64,000 nucleotides of DNA from Octopus vulgaris (Eukaryota): contig OX597819.1 of NCBI GenBank assembly GCA_951406725.2, forward strand, positions 42,160,001-42,224,000. Direction: 5' to 3'. The notes below the pieces were generated by a model that saw only the letters and a list, made by a program, of their open reading frames with translations, made no database searches and was not told the DNA's origin. Positions 12,337 to 26,647 of the stretch are shown here, one piece after another (position 1 is the stretch's first letter; each line of letters starts with the position of its first letter). A program made the position numbers and the translations under genes.

Positions 12337-12703
12337 TATAAATAAGACAAGGTAGAAAATACTAAAATAATTTTATCATGAAGAACATTTTAGTACCGGT
12401 TTCAGTCTTTGCAACTTTTTCAACTTAGAGTAAATCATGAGAAACAATTAAATTGTGGAAAAATCAAATGAAATGTTTTTTTAAAATATTTCTATAGTTT
12501 TCAAATGCAAGGGACATCTTTCTTTTTTCAGTCTGTCTCTGTGTCTCTTTTTTAAACTTTTGTGTGTTCTAGGTACTTAGCAGCAGCTAGTTTGATATGA
12601 ATTCTTGTCTTTGATTGTATAAGTAGCAGTAGTAGTAGTAGAGAAAGAAGAAGGAGGAGGAGGGGAGGAGGAAGAGGAGGAGGAGGAGGAGAAGAAGAAG
12701 AAG

Positions 12704-12735
<32 letters not shown>

Positions 12736-14708
12736 TTTTATTGCATGCAAAATAAATATTTATAAGATGGTATAAGACTACCAAAGAATATATTAGGCTT
12801 TACAAGACTAAAAACTTTATGAGAGGTGTTGAAAGTATTGCCCTTCATTTTCAATATATAAGTTGACTCTTCTACACATGTTTTGAAATACATCTTAGAT
12901 GACAAAATTCAATTCGGGGAGACCTTTTGAACACCCTGTATATATATATATATATACCAGGGTAACAGTTTTGTTACACTTTCGTTAGTAATCAATAATA
13001 TACATCTAACATTACCAACAGAAGCACCACTACCACCACCACCACCACCACCACCAGTCACAACAAATGTCAGATCTCACAGTGCCTAGTCTTCACCACT
13101 AAAGCGTTCAATCACTACCACACAATCATTAGTCATTAATGACAAGCCACACAAAAATAATTACTGGGATCAATGTGTTCGACTAGGCACTTCAAGGTGG
13201 TGCTCCAGCATGGGCACAGTTCAATGACTGAAACAAGTAAACGATAAAAGATAATATTTATGTCTGAATGCTTTTGTTTTCCAAAAAAATATTCCACGAG
13301 TATCAAAGCTGAGATTTTATGAAGGGGAACGAAACAGAGTTGTGATGTTAATGCCTCTCTCAAAGTCAGTATAAATGAAACGGTCCAATTACAGAATCAA
13401 AACTAATAGTGCGGTTGTTGATTCGATTCATTGTATCTCCATTCTAGAAAATATCTCATCAAATATATTCCAGCTGTGACCTTATCATCATTTATTCAGC
13501 CATAGTGTATTTGGGACAACATTATCTAATGTATAGAAAATAGTATCAGAAGGTACACCTATCGTTGTTATTTAGTCCTTAGTTAACCCTGATTTGACAG
13601 AACCTAAAATAAAAATTGTTCCCCCCGCGGTCCAACAGATTTTTATTCAAACTGTATATCTAGGATTATATTTAATGCTGCCTTGTCTTTGAAAACGGAA
13701 GGATGTCAATTGATGAAGATTCCACTGCTATTACTAGGAGGTCTAGCGACAATTTAGAGGCTCTTTCGTTCTCTTGAGAGACTCAACTCCTGGTTAGATT
13801 ATCCATGTATATCTAAATTTTTTTTTGTTCCATGTACTAGGTGTCCTATATTTGTGAACAGTAGCATCGTCGGTCACACATTTGCAATGAACAGCCAGTC
13901 TCTGATGAGATATCATTTCCCCATATATTTTTATGCACTTCCAACTACCTGAAACAAATTCGCACCCGTAGATGACCTCGAATGCATATAATTTAAACCA
14001 TTTCTGAATATAACTTGGTTTTATTTCCAAATGTCTTTTCATTTTAGTTGTACTCCTACATTGTATTACTGCAGCTCTAAACTTGATTTTTTTTTTCATA
14101 TTGACGAGTGTCCTGCTAAATCCATTGCCCGAAAACAAATCGCTACACTGCGATGCAAATATTCATCCAATATAATATTATATGCATACACGCACACTAC
14201 TACACTCACACACCCACACATCCATACACATATATATATATATATGTAAGTTAGTATAAGACTGCCACGGACATTACTCAGACCGGTGAGCTTCTGCCTG
14301 ATTTTTAGATGCCCGCAGAGCAAAGCATTAGACACGATCAAGCTGAAAGCTGATTTCTTATTGGCCGCTGGTAAACTTGGGTCTTATTGAATGAATTTCG
14401 GAGATTACGTGATGGAATTCCGGGATGCTATGTACAAAATTGTGAGTTACTGAAAGGCAACTATACTAGGATTAACTTGATGAGCGATGAAAATCATTAT
14501 AAGCATTGAAAAGTTTCAACGCTTAAAATGTTAAGGTGAGTTATTCATATCTTGGCAACGTACCTTCATTTTTCTGGTAATAACTCAATGCCCCCTGATG
14601 AAATGGTGGAGTTATGCACTAATGTTAAGTTACGTAATATTATGCAACATTGTGCATTATTGATAACTACGCTGTGGAAATTTGCGCCGTTCATTCTTGT
14701 TCTTTTGC

Positions 14709-14827
<119 letters not shown>

Positions 14828-14830
14828 AGG

Positions 14831-14995
14831 ACGGGTTTCTTTTCCGTTTCCGTCTACCAAATTCACTTATAAGGCTCTGATCAACCCGAGGCTATATTAG
14901 AAGACATTTGCCCGAAGTGCCAACGCAGTGGAACTGAACCCAGAACCATGTGGTTGGGCAGCAAACTTCTTACCACGCAGCAACGCCTATGCCTA
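14831..14995 (-). mobile_element. tRNA-SINE family A, 5' half
   Basis: Homology to the full copy at 46236. Confidence 0.85.
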
Positions 14996-15346
14996 CATAG
15001 ATACATACATAGATACATACATGCATGCATACATACATATATACATACTTACATTCATACATACATGCATGCAGGCATACATACATATACGCACACGCTC
15101 ATATATATACACATACATACACACACATATACATATATATATATATGTATGTATACACACACCACACACGTATGGATGGAATGCTGTAGTGCTTTTGTAA
15201 TGTTATACACAATGACAATTTTATTTATATGGAACCTGCTGAGTGGCTGACCTAAAGGATGGGCCACTTGAGACAGGCCAAGGCTAAAATAAATGAAGAT
15301 TGAGATTGTTTACCTGATTGTGAGTGAATGTGTATATAAACATTGA

Positions 15347-15450
<104 letters not shown>

Positions 15451-15451
15451 G

Positions 15452-15513
<62 letters not shown>

Positions 15514-15525
15514 CATATACATATA

Positions 15526-15561
<36 letters not shown>

Positions 15562-16603
15562 TGTATGTATGTATATTTCGGTCAGTTGGTCATTAATAAT
15601 TGGTCACCAAGTGGATGCAGGAGCATGCGAGGTTGGCCACTTGACCTCACGTATCGTTCAAGTAAATTGGTGTCGGTCTTCATTGGACATTGGTCTAGAT
15701 AACCGGAGGTAATAGAGATGTAGCGGTAGTGGTGGCTGGCGGTGGTGGTGGTGTAATTGTAGAGATGTGGGCAGTGTGTGGCGTGTGATTAGGGTGTAGA
15801 TAAAGAGGTGATGGGTAGTTGAAATGATAGAGGGGAAGAGAAAGAAGTCTGACTGCGGGTGGGGAGGGGGTAACTGAATGAGGGAATGTGGGAGGGAAAA
15901 TGGTTGAATTCGTATGAGAGTGAAGGAGAGATAGAGATAGAGAGAGAGAGAGAAAGAAAGAAAGAAAGAAAGAAAGAAGGAAAGAAAGGAGGGAAAGAAA
16001 GAAAGAAAGCAAAGAAGAAAAGAGTAGGTGAGAGAGGGGTAGACAAGTATTTCAGAAGTTGCGTCGGACTTAACTCTTGAGTAGAGTTAAGTATAATTGA
16101 GTTTGTATACACAGGCAGACAGGCAGACAGGCAGACAGACAGACAGAGACGCACTCTCACATTCGTGCACACACGCGCACACGCGCACGCACACACATCT
16201 GCTCACGTGATATGCTCACAAATGTGCATTCAATTAATATAGAGCTAGCTCGCTATGTTAATAGACACAGTGGTCAAGCACCATCATCCTCTCCCTCCTT
16301 CCCCATCCCCGGACAATAAACCTGCTGCCAACGAATCTATAAATATGCAAATGGTTAAAATTGCTGCAGAGTACTCATAAAATTTCCCATAATTAGTTGT
16401 CAGCTATTCTGTCTGTCTGTCTGTCTCTCATAAAAGAAGAACAATAACCAGTTGAATGTTGACGAACTGTTCTCAATTTTCTTCTTCAGAGCGTGAGAGG
16501 AAGAGAAAGAGAAAAAGAGAGAGGGAAGAAGAAGAAGAAGAAGAAGAAGAGAGAGAGAGATCCTTGGTTGTAAGCATGATTTCAATTTGCACAGCGAAAT
16601 TAA

Positions 16604-16763
16604 ACGCAGGAGTGGCTGTGTGTTAAGAAGCTTGCTTACCAACCACATGGTACCGGGTTCAGTCCCATTGCGCGACACCTTGGGCAAGTGTCTTCTACTA
16701 TAGCCTCGGGCCGACCAAAGCCTTGTGAGTGGGTTTGGTAGACGGAAACTGGAAGAAGCCCGT

Positions 16764-16810
<47 letters not shown>

Positions 16811-17011
16811 CACCACCAGCTCAAATATTTTTTCCTCTGTCTTCCCTTCTTGGGATCTTTCCTTCTCCTTGTTTCCAACGAAGAGCTCCGCTCGAAACGT
16901 TAAACCCTCCTTCCCTTCTTTCCTGAGCGTCAATAATACTTTAATTGTTCCACGTCCTGCGTTGCTGTATTTTTTTTCTCTCTTTTTTTCTGTGTTTTCT
17001 TGTTTGGATTA

Positions 17012-17049
<38 letters not shown>

Positions 17050-17144
17050 TAGTTATCGCCAAGCTAATATGGCAGTCCATAAATAGAGGGAAAATGCTGC
17101 CGTTGATTAGCTCCAAGTCTCCTTTAGAGAGACTTAGAAATAAT

Positions 17145-17206
<62 letters not shown>

Positions 17207-17428
17207 GTTTGTGTGTCTGTGTTTGTCACCCCACCATTGCTTGACAACTGATGCTGGTATGTATACGTCTCCGTAATTTGCGGTTCGGCAAAAGTGACCG
17301 ATAGAATAAGTACTAGGTTTACAAAGAATAAGTTCTGGAGTCGATTTGCTCGACTGAAGGCGGTGCTCTAGTATGGCCGCAGTCGAATGACTGAAACAAG
17401 TAAAAGAAAATAAAAGAATAAAAATAAA
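16604..17428 (+). mobile_element. tRNA-SINE family A with nested insertions in its internal (TA)n
   Basis: Head 16604-16763 and tail ~17205-17428, separated by (TA)n and a PLE-like remnant (16808-17013). Confidence 0.85.
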
Positions 17429-17745
17429 AGGTTATGAATTTATTCAGAATGTATGTCCTACAGGAGATAACTACTCTGAAATGCTTGCATCTCACAGTTC
17501 GGATAGGTGGCGCTGCGAGCTGATTTAGGTGTATTTACGCCTTAATGTCTCCAGCGAGAAATTTTCTCCATGACAAAACACGGTGAATGGCTTGTTTACA
17601 AGTCCGAAAGTGCTTTTAGCATATTCGAACCGGTATCAACATTGCATTTTCACTTATCACTGCTTAGCACACTCGCCCTTTACTGCACACAGTATGCACA
17701 CACCTACCCATCCACCCACACATGTACATGTGGGTGTGCGTGCGT

Positions 17746-17784
<39 letters not shown>

Positions 17785-18035
17785 TATATATATATATCAA
17801 AATAAAGCAGGCTAGTTTCTTTATAAAATATCTAGTTGCATCATTTTACGCACGTTTCATTAACAATGAAGAATATCAGCTATATAAGAATATACAAAAA
17901 TACACACGGAGTTCTAAATACTGGCTATTTGTTATTATCGGTTATTCAAATTTAATAACATAAATGCATATATATGCATATATATATTTGTGTGTGTGTG
18001 TGTATGTGTGTGCATATACATATATACATACATAC

Positions 18036-18110
<75 letters not shown>

Positions 18111-18289
18111 CATACATATATATATTATATATATATACATATTTCCTTTCACGTGACTGGTATTCGGCCAAGCATGATCTTTCTTTCCTGGTTTGACTGC
18201 CGCCCGCGATGCAGCTCTTATATTCTTGTCTGATAACTTTCATTTCTTCTGTTCATCTCCTATGTTCTTGCCTCAAGGCTTTCACTCTT

Positions 18290-18600
18290 CACCCGCCAGC
18301 TCAATTTGACTCGTCTCTATTAGTCAAAAGACACCTGTTGTTATTTTCTTGCATTTGTAATTGTGTAACATTTTCTCCGCTTTTTTTTGTCTTTATTGTC
18401 GTACACATTCGCTTGCTTTCTCCCAAAGTATTTGATGCTCTTAGCTCAGATTTCTGGGGCCAGCCAAATTTGAACAGTCTCAAATGTAACCGGCCGAAAC
18501 TGTAAAGATAATCTGGAAACTTGACTGAGGAAAGAAGACCACGAATGACCTGTTCTTGTTTTTTCCTATCCGTCTTTTTATTATTTTTCCTGTTCATTTT
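18290..18600 (+). repeat. Dispersed repeat homologous to 11890-12250
   Basis: Aligned by eye in the opposite orientation. Confidence 0.55.
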
Positions 18601-18680
18601 TGCATCGTTTATCTGTCGGGATGTTTTATTGTCGTCTGTTGCTTTCTTGTTCGATTAAAAAATTTTTTTATATACATATA

Positions 18681-18756
18681 GGCGCAGGAGTGGCTGTGTG
18701 GTAAGTAGCTTGCTTACCAACCACATGACTGAAACAAGTAAAAGAGTAAAAGAGAG
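18681..18756 (+). mobile_element. 76-bp internally deleted family A SINE (head fused to tail)
   Basis: ggcgcaggagtgg...ccacATG joined to ATGactgaaacaagtaaaagag. Confidence 0.85.
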
Positions 18757-18806
18757 TATAGCAGCACACGTACACTTTTGCTCACCATATATGTGTGTGT
18801 GTGTGC

Positions 18807-18854
<48 letters not shown>

Positions 18855-18871
18855 CTGTGCGTGTGTATGAG

Positions 18872-19265
18872 TACAAACCATAAAAGTTAGGAGGTAGGAG
18901 ACATGAATATATATTTATTAAACACATGGCATCCTCAGGGTTACGGCCGTTTCGCAGTTTTCTTCATTTAGTAATGATTTTAGTGTGGAAGAAATTATGC
19001 TTTAATGCTGCTTTATTACGCAATCTCGGCATTATACAATATAATTCTATATTCACAAAACAATGCAAATAACGAAAACTAGCTCATCAGATCATTAGCA
19101 TGTTTGCATACTGAGCATACACATCAATGTAAGCATTTAGATATATTTTTTCCACACGGAAATTAATACTAATGAAGCAGTTTGCGAAACGGTTGTAACC
19201 CCACAGATGTCATGTAGTTAAATAAACATATTCACTTCTCATACCTACTGACTTTATGGTTTATA
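18872..19265. mobile_element. Element with ~120-bp imperfect inverted ends carrying a hammerhead-like core (PLE-like)
   Basis: 18872-18990 matches the reverse complement of 19150-19265; ctaatgaagcagtttgcgaaacgg at 19169. Confidence 0.55.
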
Positions 19266-20041
19266 AATTCTTCATGAAGTAATTTCATCGATCGGATCTT
19301 CTGGATTTCAGCTGCATGGACTTTGTATTTAACACTTCATTGTATTAGATTATTCTGTGAACTGTTAGCCGAGTCCGTGACAACTACACAGGTCTCTATA
19401 TCTACATCTTACACTACATACGCACACACACACACCACATATATATACACATACACACATGCACATACACGCATGCGTATGCACAAGCACACACACATCG
19501 TTTAATTAAATTTATTGCAGGTTAACCTAGGATTGAACGAGGAAATCATATTTGCTTATTTAAATAATCAAAACGTGCCGAGAGAAAGAGAGAGGAGAGA
19601 GAGAAGGAGAGAGAGAAGGAGAGAGAGAAGGAGAGAGAGAAGGAAAGAGAGAGAAGGAAAGAGAGAAGGAGAGAGAGAAGGAAAGAGAGAGAAGGAGAGA
19701 GAGAAGGAGAGAGAGAAGGAGAGAGAAGGAGAGAGATAGTACTTTTATGAGAGAGAATATAATTGAATTGTGAGAATGAGTGCAATTTGAACTCACATAT
19801 TTACGTCTCGGTATACTGAACAGTATCCTCAACACTTCTACATTACCAAGAATCCTCATTCGCCTTTGTATTTCTGCTTTAATTTGTCCTCCCCGACTCC
19901 TTTCAGCCACAATCTCTCCAAAGCCTCTTCCACGACACCTTTTCTCCCCACCCCTCCACCGCGACCCCTTTATGGCCCCCCCCCGCGTTAAAACAGAAAT
20001 ACATGTAAAAAAGAAGTTATAAGTGTGACGTCATATCTTAC

Positions 20042-20145
20042 AGGTAGCAGTTGTTGTTAAACTTGTTGTAGCTGGAGAGAGCAATTAAGGTGCCAAAGCC
20101 TGTTCCGAGGGAGAAACAGATCTGTGATGCGGCGTCCACCCATAC
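20042..20145 (-). CDS. SLC6A4: SERT-like exon, TM6: [34 protein letters not shown](L)
   Basis: 104 nt, translated by hand; cccacag|GTA acceptor, CT|gtaag donor. Confidence 0.95.
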
Positions 20146-20169
20146 CTGTGGGGAGAGAGAGAAAGAGAG

Positions 20170-20999
<830 letters not shown>

Positions 21000-21245
21000 A
21001 GACAATGAAGATGTTTGACCATATGTCAAAACCTATCTTGAGAGACTATGTTTGGAATATTTTTAGCGTTGTTGAAACCGGAAGTATCTTTCAGCAACCG
21101 GAAATGATGGTTTAAATTTGGCTGAAGCAGATCTTTCCTTTATTGTAAACACACACGAACTGTGTAGCATTAGATGTTCTGGTTGCTGTTGTTAGGGATG
21201 CTACTGTTCTATAGATTGATGGATGGACATAATAATATGTGCATA

Positions 21246-21443
21246 TTCTTTTATTTGTTTCAGTCATTTGACTGCGACCGTGCTGGAGCACCGCCTTCAG
21301 TCGAGCAAATCGATCCCAGGACTTATTCTTTGTAAGCCGAGTATTTATTCTATCGGTCTCTCTTGCCAAACCGCCGGTTACGGGGACGTAAACACACCAG
21401 CATCGGTTGTCAAGCAATGGTGGGGGCGACAAACACAGACACA

Positions 21444-21499
<56 letters not shown>

Positions 21500-21671
21500 T
21501 ATATATGGGGGGGGGCTTCTTTCAGTTTCCGTCTAACAAATTAACTCACAAGGCTTTGGTCGGCCCGAGGCTATAGTAAAAGACACTTGCCCAAAGTGCC
21601 ACGCAGTAGGACTGAGCCCGGTACCATGTGGCTGGTAAGCAAGCTACTTACCACACAGCCACTCCTGCACC
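21246..21671 (-). mobile_element. tRNA-SINE family A, full length
   Basis: Reverse complement of the 46236 copy. Confidence 0.9.
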
Positions 21672-22031
21672 GATATGTATGAATGTATATATTTTATGCA
21701 AAATAGGGGCGCGAATGTGCATGTGTGTGTGTATATGTGTGTGTATGTGTGTGTGTGTGTGGGCATGTGTGTGTGTATGTGTGTGTATGTAGGTGTGTTT
21801 AGCTTCTATGTGTACTAGATTGTTACGTTAGTCAGTATATGTTACATTCATGTGTGAATTGTAGAAATACTGCGTATATATGTGTATGTCAATGTATATT
21901 TGTATGAATATGTTAGTGTGTGTCTGTATATATTGTGTGTGTGTGTGTGTCTACAAATAGTGTGTTTGTGCCTAGATCTGTGTGGGTGTGTGACTGAAAG
22001 GGATATCTACATAAACAGGAGATCCACTCAC

Positions 22032-22166
22032 CTGCAAATTCTTCAGCATATGCCATTTGGGTCTCAAGTAGTAAAGGATCCCATCACTGGAACCAGGAAG
22101 AGTGCAGCCTCTAATGAGCAGGATGACAATTACGATATAAGGTACGGTGGCTGTTATCCAGACTGC
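22032..22166 (-). CDS. SLC6A4: SERT-like exon, TM5-EL3: AVWITATVPYIVIVILLIRGCTLPGSSDGILYYLRPKWHMLKNLQ
   Basis: 135 nt; ctcgcag|GCA acceptor, CAG|gtgag donor. Confidence 0.95.
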
Positions 22167-22524
22167 CTGCGAGGTAGAAAGGTCTTTGTAGTTATGACTG
22201 TTATGAAAAATATAATACTTATGACTATTACTATAATTATGATATCTCAGTTTGTTATGACTATCAGTAAAATAAGATAACACACTAATTATGACTGTTG
22301 CTAAAGTTTATGATAGTACAATATTTATGACTGTTACTAATGATTTTATTTTTCATCCAACGATTTTGTTTCAAACAAGGTTTGGGGGCTACTGTAGCAT
22401 TAGGAGCTACAAAGAAGGTAAAGAAAGGGGCCTACAGATCAGAGGAAATGTAGACGATGGTAGTAAGTGGGTCTTCAAAAGAACGCTTTATCATCGTTCT
22501 GTTTCATTGCTGCATTCTATCTAT

Positions 22525-22890
22525 GCGGAGGCACAGAGGCCTAGTGGTGAGGGCAGCGGACACGCGGTCATAGGATCGCGGTTTCGATTCCCAGACCGGG
22601 CGTTGTGAGTGTTTATTGAGCGGAAACACCTAAAGCTCCAAGAGGCTCCGGCACGGGGTGGTGGCGAACCCTGCTGTACTCTTTCACCACAACTTTCTCT
22701 CAGTCTTTATTCCTGTTTCTGTTATACTTGTATTTGAAAGGGCCCGCCTTGTCACACTCTGTGTCACGCTGAATCTTCCCAAGAACTACGTTATGGGTAC
22801 ACGTGTCTTTGGAGTGCTCAGCCACCTGCACGTTAATTCCGATCGGATCCACTGGAACCCTCGTCGTCGAAACCGACGGAGTGCCACGAC
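22525..22890 (+). mobile_element. tRNA-SINE family C
   Basis: Homologous to 9509; attctatctat on both flanks (probable TSD). Confidence 0.88.
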
Positions 22891-22919
22891 AATTCTATCT
22901 ATACACTTAAGTTTGTCAT

Positions 22920-23476
22920 TAAGACACATAGTTACCGGTGTGTTGGAATGTCGGCTTTCGTCACTTGACTCATCTCCCTTCTCTGTGTCGGTTATTCGCC
23001 AACGATTCCTACATTCACACATTGATGTCAACTTTTTCAAATTTGAAACTCTCCTTTGCCCTCCTTGCATACATTTGTTTGTCTGCTTTTCCAGACGAAA
23101 GATAAGCAGCCGAGTGACCCTCACAATATCCGGATCCATCCTTCACGCCACAACAGCTTTCGATATCGCATCAAAAGTCATCAGTAACTGGATACTTAAA
23201 GAAGACGTGTAGGATGGTCTCGTTGCCCTGTACGCATTTTGGACAAACTCGGTCGAAGGCGCTGCTATGCCTATAAACTTTATCTCAAACCGGCAATGCC
23301 CCCTCCCCCACCGACAGTCGAAGATTTCTGAAATTCGACTGTAGTCCATTATTTACATTATTTACAGTATTTACATTTGGCGGATATTCGTCCTCATATG
23401 CCCACGGGCATATGGCGTAGTGGTTAAGAGCGCGGGCTACTAACCCCAAGATTCCAAGTTCAATTCCAGACAGTGA

Positions 23477-23550
<74 letters not shown>

Positions 23551-24140
23551 TCGAAAAATACCTTAGAAATGAGAACCCAGGTTCGAAATTTCCCCAAGTC
23601 ACCTGATGAAGGCTGGAGAGTATATCAGACGAAATTTTGTGTCAACAACAAACAAGATGAGGACAAATATCCGTCAAATGTAAATAATGTAAATAATGTA
23701 TATGTAATTCCTCATCTCTTAAATACAGAATTATATCGACTGTAGTCTCTGGGTTGATAGTCATTGGAATAAGCAGTTCAGTTGATCTACGTCGATGCCC
23801 AGTCTTTCCCAGATAAGGTTGTCACTGTCACCTATCACTAACCGCCCTCAAAATGCAAGAGCTGGCCGATCCTCGACTAGGCTATCTATTTGTTAGGGAA
23901 CTTTGAGCGTCAAACAATATCCCAGATGCTTGATACCTGATCTTGGTCAACGCTTGATTCGGGGCTGAAATTCCATCAAAGAGACAATCAGTAGAAAAAC
24001 ATGCCTCACCAACGGTGACCACCCCTCACTGTTCGGTGAAAAGGATTTAACCTCAATGCCTGCCAGTAACCCACAATGGTGTTAGCGGCATTTGAACCTT
24101 CAGACCAGTAGATCATCTCCATCTACAAGAAGCGAAAGAT
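22920..24140 (-). pseudogene. Decayed L1/Tx1-type LINE ORF2 3' region, interrupted by the element at 23347-23735
   Basis: ALPV*DKVYRHSSAFDRVCPKCVQGNETILHVFFKYP (zf-RVT-like CxxC...ETxxH) at ~23190-23300; outer limits approximate. Confidence 0.6.
23347..23735 (+). mobile_element. TSD-flanked tRNA-headed short element with hammerhead-like motif and PLE-type inverted 5' end
   Basis: 12-bp TSD TCGACTGTAGTC (23335-23346, 23736-23747); A box 23413, B box 23458; CTGATGA-stem-GAAA 23603-23634; 23347-23397 inverted relative to 23657-23698. Confidence 0.8.
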
Positions 24141-24555
24141 CATACGCTACGGTTTAGTCAGATGGAAACTGAAACAAAGTACGGCTGTGAGATGATAATA
24201 GATATTAGTTAGGATGTATAGCTTTTCAGGAATAACGTCTTCTCAGACCGTTTCAGGATGGGACTGATCCCTTTCTTCATAACCTCGTTCTAGTTCCTAC
24301 TAATTTGGGAGTCTGCCCCGAGCCAAATTCCAAGCTAAATATTCAACCAACTAGCACCGGCTTGTGATTGATTTGAGGAGACATTTTATCCCCTAAACCT
24401 AAAGATAAAATACCTGCTGATTAAATAAGCATATACTTGCGAAACAACAACAACAACAACAACAGCAACAGCAGCAGCAGTAACAACAACAACAACAGCA
24501 ACAGCAGCAGCAGTAACAATAACAACAACAGCAACAACCGTTATAATAATCTAAC

Positions 24556-24694
24556 CTTTCCTGAAGACTTGATTCCTTTCCACAAAGAAAAGTAAATGAC
24601 GATAAAAGTTGCAGCGAGACATCCAACAATTGGTCCCTTAATCGGACCAATGTCTCCAATTCCATTAGACAAATGGGATTCCAGAACTTTGCGA
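24556..24694 (-). CDS. SLC6A4: SERT-like exon, EL2-TM4: (N)RKVLESHLSNGIGDIGPIKGPIVGCLAATFIVIYFSLWKGIKSSGK
   Basis: 139 nt, translated by hand (not the frame shown in the ORF track); atgcag|T acceptor, AAG|gttag donor; YFSLWKGxKSSGK motif. Confidence 0.95.
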
Positions 24695-24939
24695 CTGCAT
24701 AAAAGAACATAAAAGAACATATTTAAACAACTTTTTGAGAAATATTTATCTAATGATGAACTCGTCTCATTAATTATAATTAGTTTTTATAATTTTCTTG
24801 ACAAACTATATTGAGTATAAGTAGTAAGTCTTCAGCGTAGACGCTCACCAGGCCGGAACGGACTCCAGTTTCTGAGCCAAGTGAATGAGAAAACACGATT
24901 TACTTCTCGAGCAGAGTGGAGCAACAGGAAATCAAGGGT

Positions 24940-25350
24940 CTTCACTTTTCACTTGTTTCTGCCATTGAGCACGGCCATGCTGGGGCACCGCCTTGAAGTA
25001 TTTAGTCGATCAAATCGATCCCAGCGCTTATTTTTAAAGCCTGGTACTTATTCTATCGCCGAACCGCTAAGTTACGGAGACGTAAACAAACACCGGTTGT
25101 CAAGCGGTGTGGTGGAGGAAATATACAAACGCAAATACGAAGATACACACGTGTACACCCACCCACACTTGCGCAAATACACACCCACTCTCGTCTATAC
25201 ACATATATAAATAAAGGGCTTCTTTCAGTTTTCGTCACAAGGTTTCGTTCGAGCCAAAGCTAAAGCAGAAAACGCTTACTCAAGGTGCCACGCAGTAGGA
25301 TTGAACCCAAGGCCATATGGCTGGGAAGCAAGCTTCTTAAATACAGAGCC
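24940..25350 (-). mobile_element. tRNA-SINE family A, old and degenerate
   Basis: Recognisable tail and core segments. Confidence 0.75.
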
Positions 25351-25548
25351 CTGCTTAAAAATAAACGCATTGCCAGACCTCGGAGTTAAACCTACGACCA
25401 AACGAAAGCAAGGTCATCTCCCTCAAAACGCAAGCACGTGCCTTCACACCCATTCTTCTAATTATTTTTCATGTTACACACTGTCATTCTTCTCTGAAAA
25501 GAGGTTGAATAACAAATGTGGCATAGATGAGGAACGGAAGATACTCAC

Positions 25549-25771
25549 TTATAATATTCATCTGCCGAATATACAGAAGTGTTGGTGATTAAGGTAGTGT
25601 TGAGTTCACCAGCAAGTGATATACATTGTTCGGTGTTCCATGTGTTGTTGCAAGATGACCAAGGTAAGTTGGCCGTAAACGAAGAAAACAGGTAAAATAC
25701 TGACCACGCTATAATTGTGTTGTAATAGAAACCGACCATGAAGGTTGTCATACCGATTGCATAGCCAATAC
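25549..25771 (-). CDS. SLC6A4: SERT-like exon, TM3-EL2: [50 protein letters not shown]...SADEYY
   Basis: 223 nt; cggcag|GT acceptor, AA|gtgag donor; YYN motif, LPWxxC-x8-C disulfide, three N-x-S/T sequons. Confidence 0.95.
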
Positions 25772-25812
25772 CTGCCGAGATAAAGAAAGAATATATATAT
25801 TCACATATATAA

Positions 25813-26567
<755 letters not shown>

Positions 26568-26568
<1 letters not shown>

Positions 26569-26647
26569 GTGGAGGCGCAATGGTCCAGTGGTTAGGGCAG
26601 CGGACTCGTGGTCATAGGGTCGCGGTTTCGATTCCCAGACCGGGCGT
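26568..26647 (+). mobile_element. Family C SINE, head only
   Basis: Nearly identical to 9508-9587. Confidence 0.85.

Noticed and set aside
22192-22337. CRISPR-like repeat-spacer pattern
   Set aside because: Repeat only 8-11 bp, spacers related and AT-rich, eukaryotic intron, no cas genes.
23158-23184. Minus-strand CTGATGA...GAAA
   Set aside because: No stem II adjacent to the core; it lies inside LINE coding sequence, so likely chance.
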